Source: a virus (lineage: Duplodnaviria > Caudoviricetes). From it: a DNA stretch of 56,918 nucleotides. The notes beneath the pieces are model-generated. The model was not told the DNA's origin and searched no databases. It worked only from the letters and a program-made list of their open reading frames with translations. The DNA is taken from positions 1-56,918 of the IMG/VR virus record IMGVR_UViG_3300043410_002441; one strand, 5' to 3'. The stretch's first letter is position 1. Each line of letters starts with the position of its first letter. The translations under genes were made by a program, and so were the position numbers. Shown in pieces: positions 55,763 to 56,918 of the stretch.

Positions 55763-56918
55763 ATGGCACAAGCGGATTTTTTTGGTAATTTAGATGGGGC
55801 TTTAAATAAACTTGATGCAGCTAAAAAAGCTGGCATCATATCAGCCGAACAAGAGAAAGAGCATATCAATGATATGTTATCAATGTATGATGCTATTAAC
55901 GCTAAAAAAGCGGCTGGTATACAATGGGATCTAAAAACGCAATCTATCTGGGGAAACCTTAAAAGATATGGTAAAGAGATGGCAGAGGATGCTGAAAATC
56001 TAAGAAAAGCTAAAAAAGGCCTTAAGAAAACAGAAGATGAAATTGTCAACATGGGCAAAGTTGCCAATGAATTAGAAAAAAGGGGTAATAAAGAAGCTGC
56101 TGACCTTGTTAAAAAGAAAAAAGCACAACTTGAGATTGAAAAAGAAATACAAGAAGTTAATTACGAAACAGCTAAAGGATCTGTAAGTAAATTAGGTCAG
56201 GCTTTAAATATGTTTGGTAAAGTTGGTGGGTTTTTATCTATGAATTTTGGTGGTTTATTTGACATATTTACAAGTATTTTAGGTGCAGCGTTTAAAATAG
56301 CTAAAGCTATTTTTGATATTATTTTCCCTATAGAAAAGGCTTGGAAATTATTCCTTGAAATGCAAAAAGTTGTTGGTGCCTTGTCTGCCGATATTGGTAT
56401 GACAAATAAAGAGTACTGGCAATTATTAGACGCCATGCCAACAATATACAATGAAATACTTGAATATGGTGGTAAAATTGAAGATGTTGGTAAAATCATA
56501 AAAGGTTTTAGTGAAGAAACAGGTAAAAACAGGATTTTTAGTACCGAAGAAATTAAAGATATTGTTAATTTAGGTAATAGTACAGCGTTAGGTGTTGAAG
56601 GTGCAACTAAAATGGTTGCTGAATTTGATAAATTAGGTTTATCGTTAACAACAACACTTAAAGTCGCACAAAAAGGTAGAAATGAAGCGGCAAGGTTTAA
56701 TATTAATCAAACTAAATTATTACAAACAACAACAGAAGTAATTAAAAATTTAACTGGTTCTGGTTTTGGTAGAAGTGTTGAAGGTTTAACAAAATTAGCA
56801 GCTAGAGCCGAATCCTTAAGATTTAATTTAGCTGAATCAGTAAAATCTTTTAAAGATGCCTTTTTTAACCCAGAAGATGCGGTTGAAGCGGCAGCTAAAA
56901 TACAAGTTCTTGGCGGTG
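55763..56918 (+). CDS. Tape-measure-like protein 2 (partial; paralog of previous gene)
   Basis: Not in the ORF track (no stop in window). MAQADFFGNLDG...FLEMQKVVGALSADIG...GLTKL...FKDAFFNPEDAVEAA aligns by eye with protein 1. Confidence 0.75.
   Translation, partial: MAQADFFGNLDGALNKLDAAKKAGIISAEQEKEHINDMLSMYDAINAKKAAGIQWDLKTQSIWGNLKRYGKEMAEDAENLRKAKKGLKKTEDEIVNMGKVANELEKRGNKEAADLVKKKKAQLEIEKEIQEVNYETAKGSVSKLGQALNMFGKVGGFLSMNFGGLFDIFTSILGAAFKIAKAIFDIIFPIEKAWKLFLEMQKVVGALSADIGMTNKEYWQLLDAMPTIYNEILEYGGKIEDVGKIIKGFSEETGKNRIFSTEEIKDIVNLGNSTALGVEGATKMVAEFDKLGLSLTTTLKVAQKGRNEAARFNINQTKLLQTTTEVIKNLTGSGFGRSVEGLTKLAARAESLRFNLAESVKSFKDAFFNPEDAVEAAAKIQVLGG

Noticed and set aside
1-56918. Alternative genetic code (stop-codon reassignment, as in some large phages)
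   Set aside because: Core genes are full length in code 11, and TAG (e.g. 7504, 36373) and TGA (e.g. 264, 23013) end genes at sensible positions.

Overview
This is an AT-rich 57-kb segment of a large T4-like (contractile-tail) bacteriophage. It probably infects a Bacteroidota host, based on TTTG-N20/21-TAnnTTTG promoters, no Shine-Dalgarno motifs and a DUF4494 gene. It carries the head module (major capsid, scaffold, prohead protease, portal, large terminase), baseplate/neck/tail genes (sheath, tube, gp26/gp51-like chaperones, two paralogous tape-measure-like genes), a gp55-like sigma factor, family B DNA polymerase, SNF2 helicase, PhoH, dUTPase and two glycosyltransferase clusters. The genetic code is standard. 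The main observations are: (1) a structured 3'-UTR/ncRNA at ~10.06-10.14 kb with two separate segments complementary to abutting stretches of 23S rRNA helix 69-70; (2) a Macro-like domain inserted in the polymerase exonuclease domain; (3) a candidate +1 frameshift joining the tail assembly chaperones; (4) a TATTTAT(A) late-promoter motif, the reverse complement of T4's; (5) shared N-terminal leaders that may target proteins, including a Gp88-like Fe-S enzyme, into the head. All family assignments come from motif recognition by eye, not database searches.
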